Source: Pseudomonadota bacterium (GTDB taxonomy: Bacteria > Bdellovibrionota > UBA1018 > CAIMNF01). From it: a DNA stretch of 24,114 bases. Below the pieces are notes generated by a model. It saw only the letters and a program-made list of their open reading frames with translations. It was not told where the DNA came from and ran no database searches. The translations under genes were made by a program, and so were the position numbers. How positions within the stretch are numbered: position 1 is the stretch's first letter; every line of letters starts with the position of its first letter. Shown here piece by piece: positions 7,255 through 15,942 of this stretch. The DNA lies in assembly GCA_027482725.1 (NCBI GenBank), contig JAIXVT010000030.1, forward strand, positions 1 to 24,114. Reading direction: 5' to 3'.

Positions 7255-8428
7255 TCGATCTTCATCCAGTTTGCCACGTTGGGACGCCGTTTTTGTAGGA
7301 TCCTCATTGTTTGGACTTGCAGCTGCCGCGGCACTTGCTCAGACAGGCAAGCGGATTGCCGTGATGGAATCACAAAAGCAATTTCCCCGCACATGCCCGG
7401 TTCCTCTGGGGTTATACCGTGATTTGAGTTGGGGAATGCCTGCACTCGATCTTGACCTCATTACGCCACGCCAACGTTACCGTTTATCGTCGTTGCCCGA
7501 ATTTGATTCCGACACTGAACTGGGTTTTGCGTCGATGGGGCTGGGATACCCTTACAGTTCCGAGTTGAGTTCTTTACTTTGGAATTGGGAATTTGTGGGC
7601 CATGATCCGACTTCACGGGCTCATGGAAACAAATCTGGGTCCACTCCCATGGTAGGCTCGGCTCCGCTTTTGCCCTCTGTATTACTTGGTTCAGATCCGG
7701 GTGTGGTTCGTGAGCATCTGATCGAACGGTTAAAAAATGCGGGAGGGCAGCTTTTTTCCGTATCCGATGGGGTCAGCTTAGTAAGCGATAAATCTCACGC
7801 CGTCTCTTTAGTAACCGCTCATGGGGCGCACTCAGAGCCCGTTCGAGTCATTGCGGGAGTTGATCCCGAATTGTTTTCTGAGCCAAGTGCGCTCTTTTCC
7901 GGATTCCAGATGGGGCGTTCTGTTCCGCGTCCTACGGGATGGTGGTTTACGCTCAGACTCGAGCTTGCTCCCGGATTTAAGCCTGAAGGATCTGCCGGTC
8001 ACTGGGTTTATCAAGACCAGTCGTCCCCTATTGTGCAGGTGGATTGGGCATCGCCAAATACGGTGCGCATTCAGTCCCTCATGCCGTGGTCCGAGTTATC
8101 TCTGGACCGTGGTTATCAGCGCGTTTTTGCCCAGCGGCTTTTTCGGGTATTCACCCAGCTCTGTCCATTTGCGGAGTATGGCCTTAAACAGGCCATGCCT
8201 TCGGTCAATGACCCCAGCTTGGCTGAACAACAGCATCTCGTTGCGCTTTACCCTTTCCGGCATCTGTCGGAAATCCCGAATGAACTCCGCGTCTATGGCG
8301 GGAATTTGGAGTGGGGGAAAAAATCACATAAAAATGCGCCGGTGTTCGTGTTGATGGATCCGCGACTCGGAAGCGCGCTAGGCACCCTCGAAGAAATGTA
8401 TGCTCAGATTAAAACTCTTGTAAATTAA
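7247..8428 (+). CDS. Protein with a degenerate N-terminal dinucleotide-binding (Rossmann) motif, phytoene-dehydrogenase/GDI-like fold suspected
   Basis: WDAVFVGSSLFGLAAAAALAQTGKRIAVME follows the beta-alpha-beta pattern, with GxSxxG in place of GxGxxG. It overlaps the waaA stop codon. Confidence 0.55.
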   Translation: MSDRSSSSLPRWDAVFVGSSLFGLAAAAALAQTGKRIAVMESQKQFPRTCPVPLGLYRDLSWGMPALDLDLITPRQRYRLSSLPEFDSDTELGFASMGLGYPYSSELSSLLWNWEFVGHDPTSRAHGNKSGSTPMVGSAPLLPSVLLGSDPGVVREHLIERLKNAGGQLFSVSDGVSLVSDKSHAVSLVTAHGAHSEPVRVIAGVDPELFSEPSALFSGFQMGRSVPRPTGWWFTLRLELAPGFKPEGSAGHWVYQDQSSPIVQVDWASPNTVRIQSLMPWSELSLDRGYQRVFAQRLFRVFTQLCPFAEYGLKQAMPSVNDPSLAEQQHLVALYPFRHLSEIPNELRVYGGNLEWGKKSHKNAPVFVLMDPRLGSALGTLEEMYAQIKTLVN

Positions 8429-8446
8429 AAAAGTTTTAGATATCTT
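8418..8446 (+). promoter_or_regulatory. Sigma70-type promoter TTGTAA-N17-TATCTT
   Basis: -35 at 8418-8423, exact 17-nt spacer, -10 at 8441-8446, 24 nt before the ATG at 8471. Confidence 0.6.
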
Positions 8447-8470
8447 CCCGCTCAATTTGGGGGGGGATTT

Positions 8471-9241
8471 ATGACGACATCTGGTTTTCGTTTGGGGTGG
8501 TGGGGGTGTGTCTTGCTTTTTTGCTTGGGGCCAAGGGGTGTTGTGGCCTTAGAAGACCCACAGGTATCAACGCTACACGCACAAGGATTGAGCCTGATCG
8601 AAGACGACTCCCCGAGATTTTTTGTTTCTCCTCGATTTGGAATGGCCCGGATTCTTGGGGCGAATACGCTTAATTCCGAGGTAGATTACGGTTTTGGCAT
8701 TTCTGCCGGCATAGAGGTTTGGCGCAATATCGCTCTGGAATTTGCTTACCAACGTGCGCAACTCAACATGGGGTTACCCTTTAACGCTCTGAATTCCTTG
8801 CCGGTCGTCACCAATGCTCCGGGTAACGTCTTTCAGATGGGGCAGAATCAATTTTTTATGGGCGCAAAAGTTCACCTTTTGGATCGATCCTACCGGCTCC
8901 GGCCGGTGGTCGGAGCAGGGGCGGGGTTTTCCCGCTCTGAATTAAACTATCATCCCATGATGCTCTCCGCATTGGGCCAGCCCTCCGTTTATGATCGTGA
9001 CGTCAGAATTGATCAATGGCTGGGCTATGCTTCAGGAGGTCTTGAGCTCCAGATCAGCCCTCATTTTTCAATCTTTGGAGTGTTTCAGTACAACGGCGTT
9101 CTCTCTGGAAAAGTCAATGCGGGACAATCCGTAGATGCGCAAATTGCAGCAAATGCTGATCCCAACAAAACCACACTTGCTAATGGAATTCTACGCGCAG
9201 CAAGTTACGCTGTTAATTTCGGCGTGACCTTGTCGTTTTAA
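8471..9241 (+). CDS. Outer-membrane beta-barrel protein (OmpA-TM/OMP_b-brl-like)
   Basis: Signal peptide, alternating amphipathic strands (FGISAGIEVW, LEFAYQ, YRLRPVVGAGAGF, GLELQI), and a C-terminal BAM signal ending in Phe (YAVNFGVTLSF). Confidence 0.8.
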   Translation: MTTSGFRLGWWGCVLLFCLGPRGVVALEDPQVSTLHAQGLSLIEDDSPRFFVSPRFGMARILGANTLNSEVDYGFGISAGIEVWRNIALEFAYQRAQLNMGLPFNALNSLPVVTNAPGNVFQMGQNQFFMGAKVHLLDRSYRLRPVVGAGAGFSRSELNYHPMMLSALGQPSVYDRDVRIDQWLGYASGGLELQISPHFSIFGVFQYNGVLSGKVNAGQSVDAQIAANADPNKTTLANGILRAASYAVNFGVTLSF

Positions 9242-9264
9242 TTTCTGAGCGATACCCTGAATCC

Positions 9265-11418
9265 ATGAAATCCTTCTCGGTAGAGCATAAAAGCGTCGGT
9301 GGAAAACAAATTGCAGTCGTCACTTTTGACCTTCCGGGTGAAAAGGTGAATAAATTTAATCGCGAAGTCATGGAGGATTTTCAGATCCTCCTCCATACGC
9401 TGCAAAAAGATACGTCCGATGTTGTGGTGATGATTTCTAAAAAATCAGGAATTTTTATTGCGGGTGCGGACATCAAATTAATCCAATCAGCGCAGACCGA
9501 AGCCGAAGCTTTTGAGCTTGCGCGTGCAGGTCAAAATTTACTCACCGCCTGGGAAACGCTGCCCATGCCAACCGTTGTCGCCATTCAGGGGGCGTGTATG
9601 GGAGGGGGCTGCGAACTTGCGCTGGCCAGCTCCGCTATCGTGATGAGCCAGGACGCGACAACCCGCATCGGGCTGCCAGAAACTCTTCTCGGAATTATTC
9701 CTGGAATGGGCGGATGTGTCCGCTTACCTTGGAAGGTGGGGATTGCGCAGGGCTTAGATCTGATTTTGACCGGAAAAACGCTTACCGCCGAAAAAGCCTA
9801 TAAAATCGGACTAGCCGAGGCTTCTCTTCCCGTCGAAAACTTCGTTCAAGAGGCACTGGTATGGGCATCGAACCATGCTGATCTGCTGAAGAAAAAAACA
9901 ATTCTTGCAAAAAAACCTGCGCTCGGGGGAACTGGAGGGTGGATCGGGTCGGTGCTGGAGTCAGGGTTGGCTCGATCCATGATTTTCTCAAAAGCAAAGT
10001 CTAGCGTTCTAGAAAAGACCAAGGGACATTATCCCGCACCCCTAGAGGCGATTGACGTGATTTCTGAAATCGGGACCTGCTACCAAGCGCGATTTTCGGG
10101 CCAAGAGTTACAAGAGGCGCTGGTCCGTGAGGCTCGCGGTTTTGCCAAGATGGCGATGACTCCTGTTTCAAAAAACCTCATCCGTTTGTTTTTTATGACC
10201 GAATCGGTAAAGGGAGCGTTTGAAAAAATGCCCGTTACCCGAGCAGGTGTCCTCGGGGCCGGAGTCATGGGGGGAGGCATTGCCCAACTCTTTGCCGATA
10301 AAAACGTTCCCGTGGTGATGAAGGATATTTCGCCGCAAGCTTTAGAAACAGGAATTCAGTCGGCGCTCGCATTGTTTAAAAAGTCGTTAAAAAAGCGGAA
10401 AATTAACGAACGTCAGTTTCAGCAAAAACTGAATCTTTTGACTCCAACCCTAGACGTCAAGCGCTTGGGCTCGGCTCAGGTTATCGTCGAGGCCGTTGTC
10501 GAAAAGCTAGAGGTTAAACAAGCTGTGCTGAGTGAAATCGAGAACGACGTCCCCGAAACTACCATCTTGGCCTCGAACACGTCTTCTCTTCCTATTACCA
10601 ACATTCAGTCTGCGCTTAAGCGCCCACAAAATTTTTGCGGAATGCATTTTTTCAATCCTGTTCACAAAATGCCACTGGTAGAAGTGATTCGCGGAGAGAA
10701 GTCTTCTGATCGGACCGTCACTCAGGTTTATCAATTAGCAAAACAACTCGGTAAAACGCCCGTCATCGTAAAGGATTCTCCCGGATTTTTGGTGAATCGT
10801 CTCTTGATGCCGTACTTGTCTGAGGCCGCAAGCCTCCTTACCGAAGGGGTGCCCATTCTAGAAATTGATCGCGCTCTTTTAAATTTTGGAATGCCCATGG
10901 GACCGATTGAACTTATTGATGAAGTGGGAATTGATGTCGGCCAAAAAGTGGCCGGAATTCTCAGAGAGGCCTTCGGTGACCGAATGAATGCGCCTCAGCT
11001 TTTTAACGGATTTATTGAAAAAAAACGTCTTGGGAAAAAAACAAGACATGGGTTTTATCGTTATGAAGGTCCAATAGACCGACTTCAGAAAAAGTTTGAT
11101 CCCGAGGTGTACTCGTTTTTGGGGGTTCAGCCCCGCCCTCAATCTGTCGCTCCGGATGTGATTTTGGATCGTTGTCTTTTGGTCATGATCAACGAAGCTG
11201 CGCGTTGTTTAGAGGAAGGCATCGTCCAATCTCCTGATGATGTCGATTTGGCGATGATCATGGGGACAGGATTTCCGCCGTTCCTAGGAGGACTGATGTC
11301 GTATGCCAAGCATCGTGGTTATGGAAGTTGTGTTCAGCGCCTCAAGGAACTGGCATCGCTTTACGGTTCCCGATTCGAGCCCTCATCGGCATTGATTCAG
11401 CTGAGTCAGGGAGTTTGA
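9265..11418 (+). CDS. fadJ: Fatty-acid oxidation complex alpha subunit (enoyl-CoA hydratase / 3-hydroxyacyl-CoA dehydrogenase), FadJ-like
   Basis: FIAGADI, GGGCELALA and GLPETLLGIIPG (both hydratase Glu), GVLGAGVMGGGIA, LASNTSSLPI, GMHFFNPVHKMPLVE and GTGFPPFLGG. Confidence 0.9.
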   Translation: MKSFSVEHKSVGGKQIAVVTFDLPGEKVNKFNREVMEDFQILLHTLQKDTSDVVVMISKKSGIFIAGADIKLIQSAQTEAEAFELARAGQNLLTAWETLPMPTVVAIQGACMGGGCELALASSAIVMSQDATTRIGLPETLLGIIPGMGGCVRLPWKVGIAQGLDLILTGKTLTAEKAYKIGLAEASLPVENFVQEALVWASNHADLLKKKTILAKKPALGGTGGWIGSVLESGLARSMIFSKAKSSVLEKTKGHYPAPLEAIDVISEIGTCYQARFSGQELQEALVREARGFAKMAMTPVSKNLIRLFFMTESVKGAFEKMPVTRAGVLGAGVMGGGIAQLFADKNVPVVMKDISPQALETGIQSALALFKKSLKKRKINERQFQQKLNLLTPTLDVKRLGSAQVIVEAVVEKLEVKQAVLSEIENDVPETTILASNTSSLPITNIQSALKRPQNFCGMHFFNPVHKMPLVEVIRGEKSSDRTVTQVYQLAKQLGKTPVIVKDSPGFLVNRLLMPYLSEAASLLTEGVPILEIDRALLNFGMPMGPIELIDEVGIDVGQKVAGILREAFGDRMNAPQLFNGFIEKKRLGKKTRHGFYRYEGPIDRLQKKFDPEVYSFLGVQPRPQSVAPDVILDRCLLVMINEAARCLEEGIVQSPDDVDLAMIMGTGFPPFLGGLMSYAKHRGYGSCVQRLKELASLYGSRFEPSSALIQLSQGV

Positions 11419-12698
11419 TGTTTTTAAGATTTTTTCGTTCAAGTTTTGTTTCAGATATTGCTCTCCGGTACCTTTGGGCTCAGTCGGGAGTGCGGTTCGT
11501 AAGGCTGAGTATTGCCTTGTCCTGGCTTGGGATTGTCTTTGGTGTAGGGGCCATTTTGGTTGTTTTATCCGTAATGTTGGGCTTTGAACGAGAACTTAAA
11601 AAGAAACTGATTACCAATGATGCCCATGTGATTTTTTTTCCTACTCCTCAGGTCGAAACCTGGGACTCTGGATTTATTCATCCCGCTGTCATTGATCAAG
11701 ATCCACGTTGGATTGCCGTTCGTTCCTCTCCGGCTGTGCAGCAAGTGTCCTTCTCTGTTTCTCGTGAGCTTATTTTGCAATTTGGAAAAAAAACAACGGG
11801 GGTGGTGTTAAAAGGATTTCCTCCGGCTGATTTTGAAGCGTTTGAGTCGAAGATCAGGGATAAGGCCAGCGTTTTTTTGGATCGCGAGGACCGAGATCGG
11901 GGCATTACTGCGCTTCCCGAAGTTTTTGTCGGAGAAGAATTGGCATTGAAATTGGCCCTGATTCCGGGCGATGAGATGACGTTACTCAACCCCATTGATG
12001 TTTCAGGTCCGATGAGTGGTGTTCCTCGATCAAAGGTGTTTCGGTTAGGAGGGGTTTTTAAATCGACTCTTCCCGAGCAAGAGCAGACCTTGGTGGTCAC
12101 TCGGCAACAAACATTTGAATCGTTTGTGAGAAAAAAATCGGTGCTTAGTCAAATTGAAATTCGCCTCAAGCATCCCGAATCGGCACCAAAATGGTCCGGA
12201 CTTTGGCTTAAACAACTTCCCGAATTCCGGGCACAAGATTGGATGAATCAAAACCGGCAATTGTTTGCCTCAATGCAGCTTGAGCGTTTTGCCATGTTTG
12301 TTATTCTTTTGTTTACCGTGTTGATCGCCAGTCTCAACTGTGTTTCGAATCTTTCGTTAATGGTCCGCGAAAAGATGAAAGACATTTCTGTGTTGCGTGC
12401 GATGGGGGCAACTTCAAAGGACATAGACCGGGTGTTCACCTGGATTGGAGTAATTCTGGCTGCGACTGGGGTTGGACTCGGGTCGGTGCTGGCTGCGATT
12501 TTATGCTGGATTTTGTCATCAACTCAATGGATTGAGCTTCCCGATATCTACTACGATCGAAGTTTGCCCGTAAGTATTGAGCCCGCCTATTTTTTAGGAA
12601 TAGGCGTGGTTTCGTTTTTACTGGTCATATTCTGTGCCCGATTTCCCGCAAAAAAAGCCGGACGACTCGGAATCTTGGACGGATTTCGGTTATCGTAG
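11418..12698 (+). CDS. lolE: Lipoprotein-releasing ABC transporter permease LolC/LolE family
   Basis: IALRYL, GIVFGVGAILVVLSVMLGFERELKKKLI, WMNQNRQLFASMQLER, REKMKDISVLRAMGA and LPDIYYDRSLPV. The start is placed at the ATG overlapping the fadJ TGA, not at 11328 as in the ORF track. Confidence 0.88.
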   Translation: MFLRFFRSSFVSDIALRYLWAQSGVRFVRLSIALSWLGIVFGVGAILVVLSVMLGFERELKKKLITNDAHVIFFPTPQVETWDSGFIHPAVIDQDPRWIAVRSSPAVQQVSFSVSRELILQFGKKTTGVVLKGFPPADFEAFESKIRDKASVFLDREDRDRGITALPEVFVGEELALKLALIPGDEMTLLNPIDVSGPMSGVPRSKVFRLGGVFKSTLPEQEQTLVVTRQQTFESFVRKKSVLSQIEIRLKHPESAPKWSGLWLKQLPEFRAQDWMNQNRQLFASMQLERFAMFVILLFTVLIASLNCVSNLSLMVREKMKDISVLRAMGATSKDIDRVFTWIGVILAATGVGLGSVLAAILCWILSSTQWIELPDIYYDRSLPVSIEPAYFLGIGVVSFLLVIFCARFPAKKAGRLGILDGFRLS

Positions 12699-12702
12699 AG
12701 TC

Positions 12703-13353
12703 ATGTTTACCGGAATCATTTCGACCCTCGGGCGCGTCGAGCGCCTCTCGCCCCAGCCCGACACCCAGGGCATTCGTATTTGCGTAAGAATTGCTGACCC
12801 GAGCTTCGCAGATGTCGTCCTAGGGGAGAGCATTGCGCATAATGGGGTTTGCTTAACGGTAGTTCAAAAAACAGGGATTAAAAAAACGGGTTCGGTCTCG
12901 GATCACTTTGTTTTTTCTTACGACTTGGCTCCCGAAACCCTAAGATCAACTGCACTAGATGCGCTCCGCGAAGGAAGCTTGGTGAACATTGAGCGAGCGA
13001 TGAAGCTTGGGGAGAGATTGTCCGGGCACTGGGTTCAAGGGCATGTGGATGGTGTGGGGCACATTCAAGAGATCCTCCCTGAAAACGATTGCTTCACGTT
13101 AAAAGTTTCAATTCCTCGGGAACTTTCCCGATACGTGATTTTAAAAGGTTCGATGACCGTAGACGGGATAAGCCTTACCGTACAAGGATTAAGTGAAAAC
13201 CCAGATCGTCAATGGGTTCAGTTTCAAATTATTCCACATACCTGGGAGGTCACGCGGTTAAAAACGCTCGCCGTTGGTGATCCGGTGAATCTTGAGGTAG
13301 ACTTAGTCGCAAAACACATTGAGCGCCTTATTCATGCCTATCCCAAAACTTAA
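12703..13353 (+). CDS. ribE: Riboflavin synthase alpha chain (called ribC in E. coli)
   Basis: Diagnostic N-terminal MFTGII, GESIAHNGVCLTV, VNIERA, GHWVQGHVDG, GSMTVDGISLT, IIPHT and VNLEVD. The start is set at MFTG. Confidence 0.95.
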   Translation: MFTGIISTLGRVERLSPQPDTQGIRICVRIADPSFADVVLGESIAHNGVCLTVVQKTGIKKTGSVSDHFVFSYDLAPETLRSTALDALREGSLVNIERAMKLGERLSGHWVQGHVDGVGHIQEILPENDCFTLKVSIPRELSRYVILKGSMTVDGISLTVQGLSENPDRQWVQFQIIPHTWEVTRLKTLAVGDPVNLEVDLVAKHIERLIHAYPKT

Positions 13354-14584
13354 CGATGCTGATCTTGATTCCGCTCTTTCCGCACTAAAAAGCGGAGGGA
13401 TGGTCATCCTTGTGGATCACGAGGATCGGGAAAACGAGGGCGACTTGGTTCTGGCCGCAGAATTCGCCACGGCAGAGGCCATAAACTTCATGATTAGGGA
13501 AGCGCGCGGTTTAGTTTGTTTGTCCTTAACTGAAGACCACGCCGATCGTTTGGGCTTAGTTCCTATGGTCGCGCATAATCGTACGCCTCGGAAAACCGCA
13601 TTTACAGTTTCTATCGAAGCGGCGCAAGGAGTGTCGACCGGAATTAGTCCTGCAGATCGTGCTCACACGATTCTTACCGCTATTGATCAAAAAACAACTT
13701 CTTCTGATATTGTGAGCCCGGGGCATGTGTTTCCGCTCCGAGCAGTGAAGGGGGGGGTTCTTGCGCGGGATGGACACACGGAAGGCAGCTTGGAGCTTTG
13801 TCGGCTAGCTGAATTAAAAGAAGCGGCGGTGATCTGTGAAATCGTGAACGATGATGGATCAATGGCTCGCGGGGAAACGTTGATTGCATTTGCGAAAAAA
13901 CACCGTATTCCGATGCTGAGCATGAATCGTCTTATTCGTGCAGCGGTGTTGACTCGGCATTACCTGGAATACTCCCCGAAAACACGCCTCCCTCAGCGTC
14001 GAGGAAACCACGAGGAAACCGGCGGAGTAACACTCGTTGCGGTTCGCAACACTGTGACTCAACAGGAACATGCCGTAATCACCACAGAAGAAGACGCCAG
14101 GGTTGCACCTGTGCCGGTTGTGCCCTGGGTGCGCATCCATTCGGAGTGTCTGACGGGTGATGCGTTGAATAGCGCCCGTTGTGATTGTGGTGACCAGCTC
14201 CACTACGCTTTGGCCCATCTCCAGATTTCCCCCGGGATTGTGATTTATCTCAAGGGGCAAGAAGGACGTGGAATTGGTTTGTTTGAAAAAATTAAGGCGT
14301 ATGAACTGCAAGATCAAGGCAAGGATACCATTGATGCCAACCAAGCCTTAGGTCACCGCGAAGACTTGCGAAGCTATGCCGATGCCGCGCGGATTTTGAT
14401 GGATCAAGGAATCACGACGATTCGACTCATGTCGAATTCTCCGCAAAAAAAACAGGAGCTAGAGCGTTTTGGGATTATCGTCAGCCAAGTGATTCCCATC
14501 CCCGTGCAATCAAGACCGTCAAACGCACGGTATTTAAAAACAAAAAAAGAACGACTTGGGCATTTCATTGGAGACCCCTTATGA
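13334..14584 (+). CDS. ribBA: Bifunctional DHBP synthase / GTP cyclohydrolase II
   Basis: D..DRENEGD, PGHVFPL and R.GHTE (RibB). RIHSECLTGD...S.RCDCG zinc motif, QEGRGIGL, D.R.Y and N.RYL.TK (RibA). Confidence 0.95.
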   Translation: MPIPKLNDADLDSALSALKSGGMVILVDHEDRENEGDLVLAAEFATAEAINFMIREARGLVCLSLTEDHADRLGLVPMVAHNRTPRKTAFTVSIEAAQGVSTGISPADRAHTILTAIDQKTTSSDIVSPGHVFPLRAVKGGVLARDGHTEGSLELCRLAELKEAAVICEIVNDDGSMARGETLIAFAKKHRIPMLSMNRLIRAAVLTRHYLEYSPKTRLPQRRGNHEETGGVTLVAVRNTVTQQEHAVITTEEDARVAPVPVVPWVRIHSECLTGDALNSARCDCGDQLHYALAHLQISPGIVIYLKGQEGRGIGLFEKIKAYELQDQGKDTIDANQALGHREDLRSYADAARILMDQGITTIRLMSNSPQKKQELERFGIIVSQVIPIPVQSRPSNARYLKTKKERLGHFIGDPL

Positions 14585-15018
14585 AATTTGCGATTGTAAA
14601 AAGTTCGTTTAACACCGAGATTGTTGATGGACTACTCAAGGGTGCACAATTGGCGCTCAGTGAGCGTGGTGTGTCTTCTGGAAATATCGAGATTTTTTCT
14701 GCCCCTGGGGCCTATGAACTCCCTCTCATTGCACAAGAATTGGCTAAGACAGCGCGGTACGCTGGAATCATTTGTTTAGGGTGTGTGATCAAAGGAGATA
14801 CCGCCCATTTTGAATTCATTAGCTTGGGTACAACGGTGGGGATTCAACAGGCGTCGTTGGCCACTGCCACTCCGTTGAGCTTTGGAGTGATTACCACCTA
14901 TACGGAGCAGCAGGCGTTGGATCGGTCGCAGCCCAACTCGGAGAACAAGGGGCGTGAGGCGGCACTGGCGTGTTTTGATACAGCCTTGACCTTGACCTCA
15001 ATTCGTACTCTGCGCTAA
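14581..15018 (+). CDS. ribH: 6,7-dimethyl-8-ribityllumazine synthase
   Basis: AIVKSSFN, PGAYELP, CLGCVIKGDTAHFE, FGVITT..EQQA..R and NKGREAA. Confidence 0.95.
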   Translation: MKFAIVKSSFNTEIVDGLLKGAQLALSERGVSSGNIEIFSAPGAYELPLIAQELAKTARYAGIICLGCVIKGDTAHFEFISLGTTVGIQQASLATATPLSFGVITTYTEQQALDRSQPNSENKGREAALACFDTALTLTSIRTLR

Positions 15019-15044
15019 GATCAAGTTTCTGTAATTTTTTGTGT

Positions 15045-15119
15045 TGGCTCGTAGCTCAGCGGTAGAGCACTACCTTGACATGGTAGGGGTCGCTGGTTCG
15101 ATCCCAGTCGAGCCAACCA
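15045..15119 (+). tRNA. tRNA-Val(GAC)
   Basis: Full cloverleaf: acceptor TGGCTCG/CGAGCCA, D arm GCTC/GAGC, anticodon stem CTACC/GGTAG with loop TT-GAC-AT, T loop TTCGATC, discriminator A, encoded CCA. Confidence 0.97.
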
Positions 15120-15172
15120 AATTTAAATAAATAAAATTGATATTTGTTTCATTTTTCGCTAGGGTTCCCTCC

Positions 15173-15922
15173 ATGGCGCTAGCCAAACCGAGCGTGATTT
15201 TCCCCATAATGATTTTTTTGGGAGTGTTTGGAGGGGGTGCGCCAGTTCTCATAAAAGCACAGGCCGGGGTGGAGCAAACGCTGAGGACCGCGCCGAACGA
15301 ATCCGCTCCAGAAACGGGTTCTCGCTTGGTTTGGAGCACGGAGTCCAGCCCTGCCTTGAACCCGCCCGCTCCCACGCGTTTTTTACCCACGGTAGCCCCG
15401 CCCACAGACAATTCCCCTGATGCGGCGATATCTCTAGTGACTCAGCTCGGAAAAATCTGGGACATCATTTTTAAAAATCGTGCACACGCTTCATACGATG
15501 TTCAAACGGTTTCAGCGTTACCCACTGAGGCACGCGGAGCTTGGGACAAGTTGTCGGGATGGGTCGCCACTCGAGATTTTGGATTTGAAAAAGACGTGAG
15601 TTTGTTTGGGGTGAAGTTTGTAAAAGTCCGCTACCGTGTTCAGTTCACTTTTGGGGGGCAATACCAAGGACACGGAAAATATTTGGCCCAAGCCCGAGTC
15701 ATCCCGGAAGAGATTACGGTTTATACCCCCTATCAAATCAATCTCAAGGGTGGAGCAAGTGTGATCAATGTTGGCACACCGGAAGAACCGTTGGCAAAAG
15801 TGAGGATTGACCTATTTTGGAACATTCGTTCCCCAGTGAGTTCGCACACCCAATCGGAGGCTTTCGAAGTCTATGGCGACGGGCGTGCACAAAATCTTAC
15901 AACCCAAGAGTGGGTTTTTTAA
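15173..15922 (+). CDS. Secreted or membrane-anchored hypothetical protein with a Pro/Thr-rich linker and a beta-rich C-terminal domain
   Basis: Hydrophobic N-terminus, low-complexity linker, then a globular beta-rich domain (FTFGGQYQGHGKYL, NVGTPEEPLA, FEVYGDG). The start is uncertain (15137 TTG, 15173 ATG or 15209 ATG). Confidence 0.7.
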   Translation: MALAKPSVIFPIMIFLGVFGGGAPVLIKAQAGVEQTLRTAPNESAPETGSRLVWSTESSPALNPPAPTRFLPTVAPPTDNSPDAAISLVTQLGKIWDIIFKNRAHASYDVQTVSALPTEARGAWDKLSGWVATRDFGFEKDVSLFGVKFVKVRYRVQFTFGGQYQGHGKYLAQARVIPEEITVYTPYQINLKGGASVINVGTPEEPLAKVRIDLFWNIRSPVSSHTQSEAFEVYGDGRAQNLTTQEWVF

Positions 15923-15942
15923 GAGTTGTCTCAGGGATAGAC

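Noticed and set aside
12634-12702. Longer ORF-track starts for ribE (12634), lolE (11328) and ribBA (13319); an FMN riboswitch before the rib genes
   Set aside because: Riboflavin synthase begins at MFTG, and the other extensions overlap upstream genes. There is no intergenic space or RFN motif upstream of the rib genes.
15070-15411. Minus-strand ORF ending ...[14 protein letters not shown]
   Set aside because: It is the antisense translation of tRNA-Val, a typical shadow ORF.
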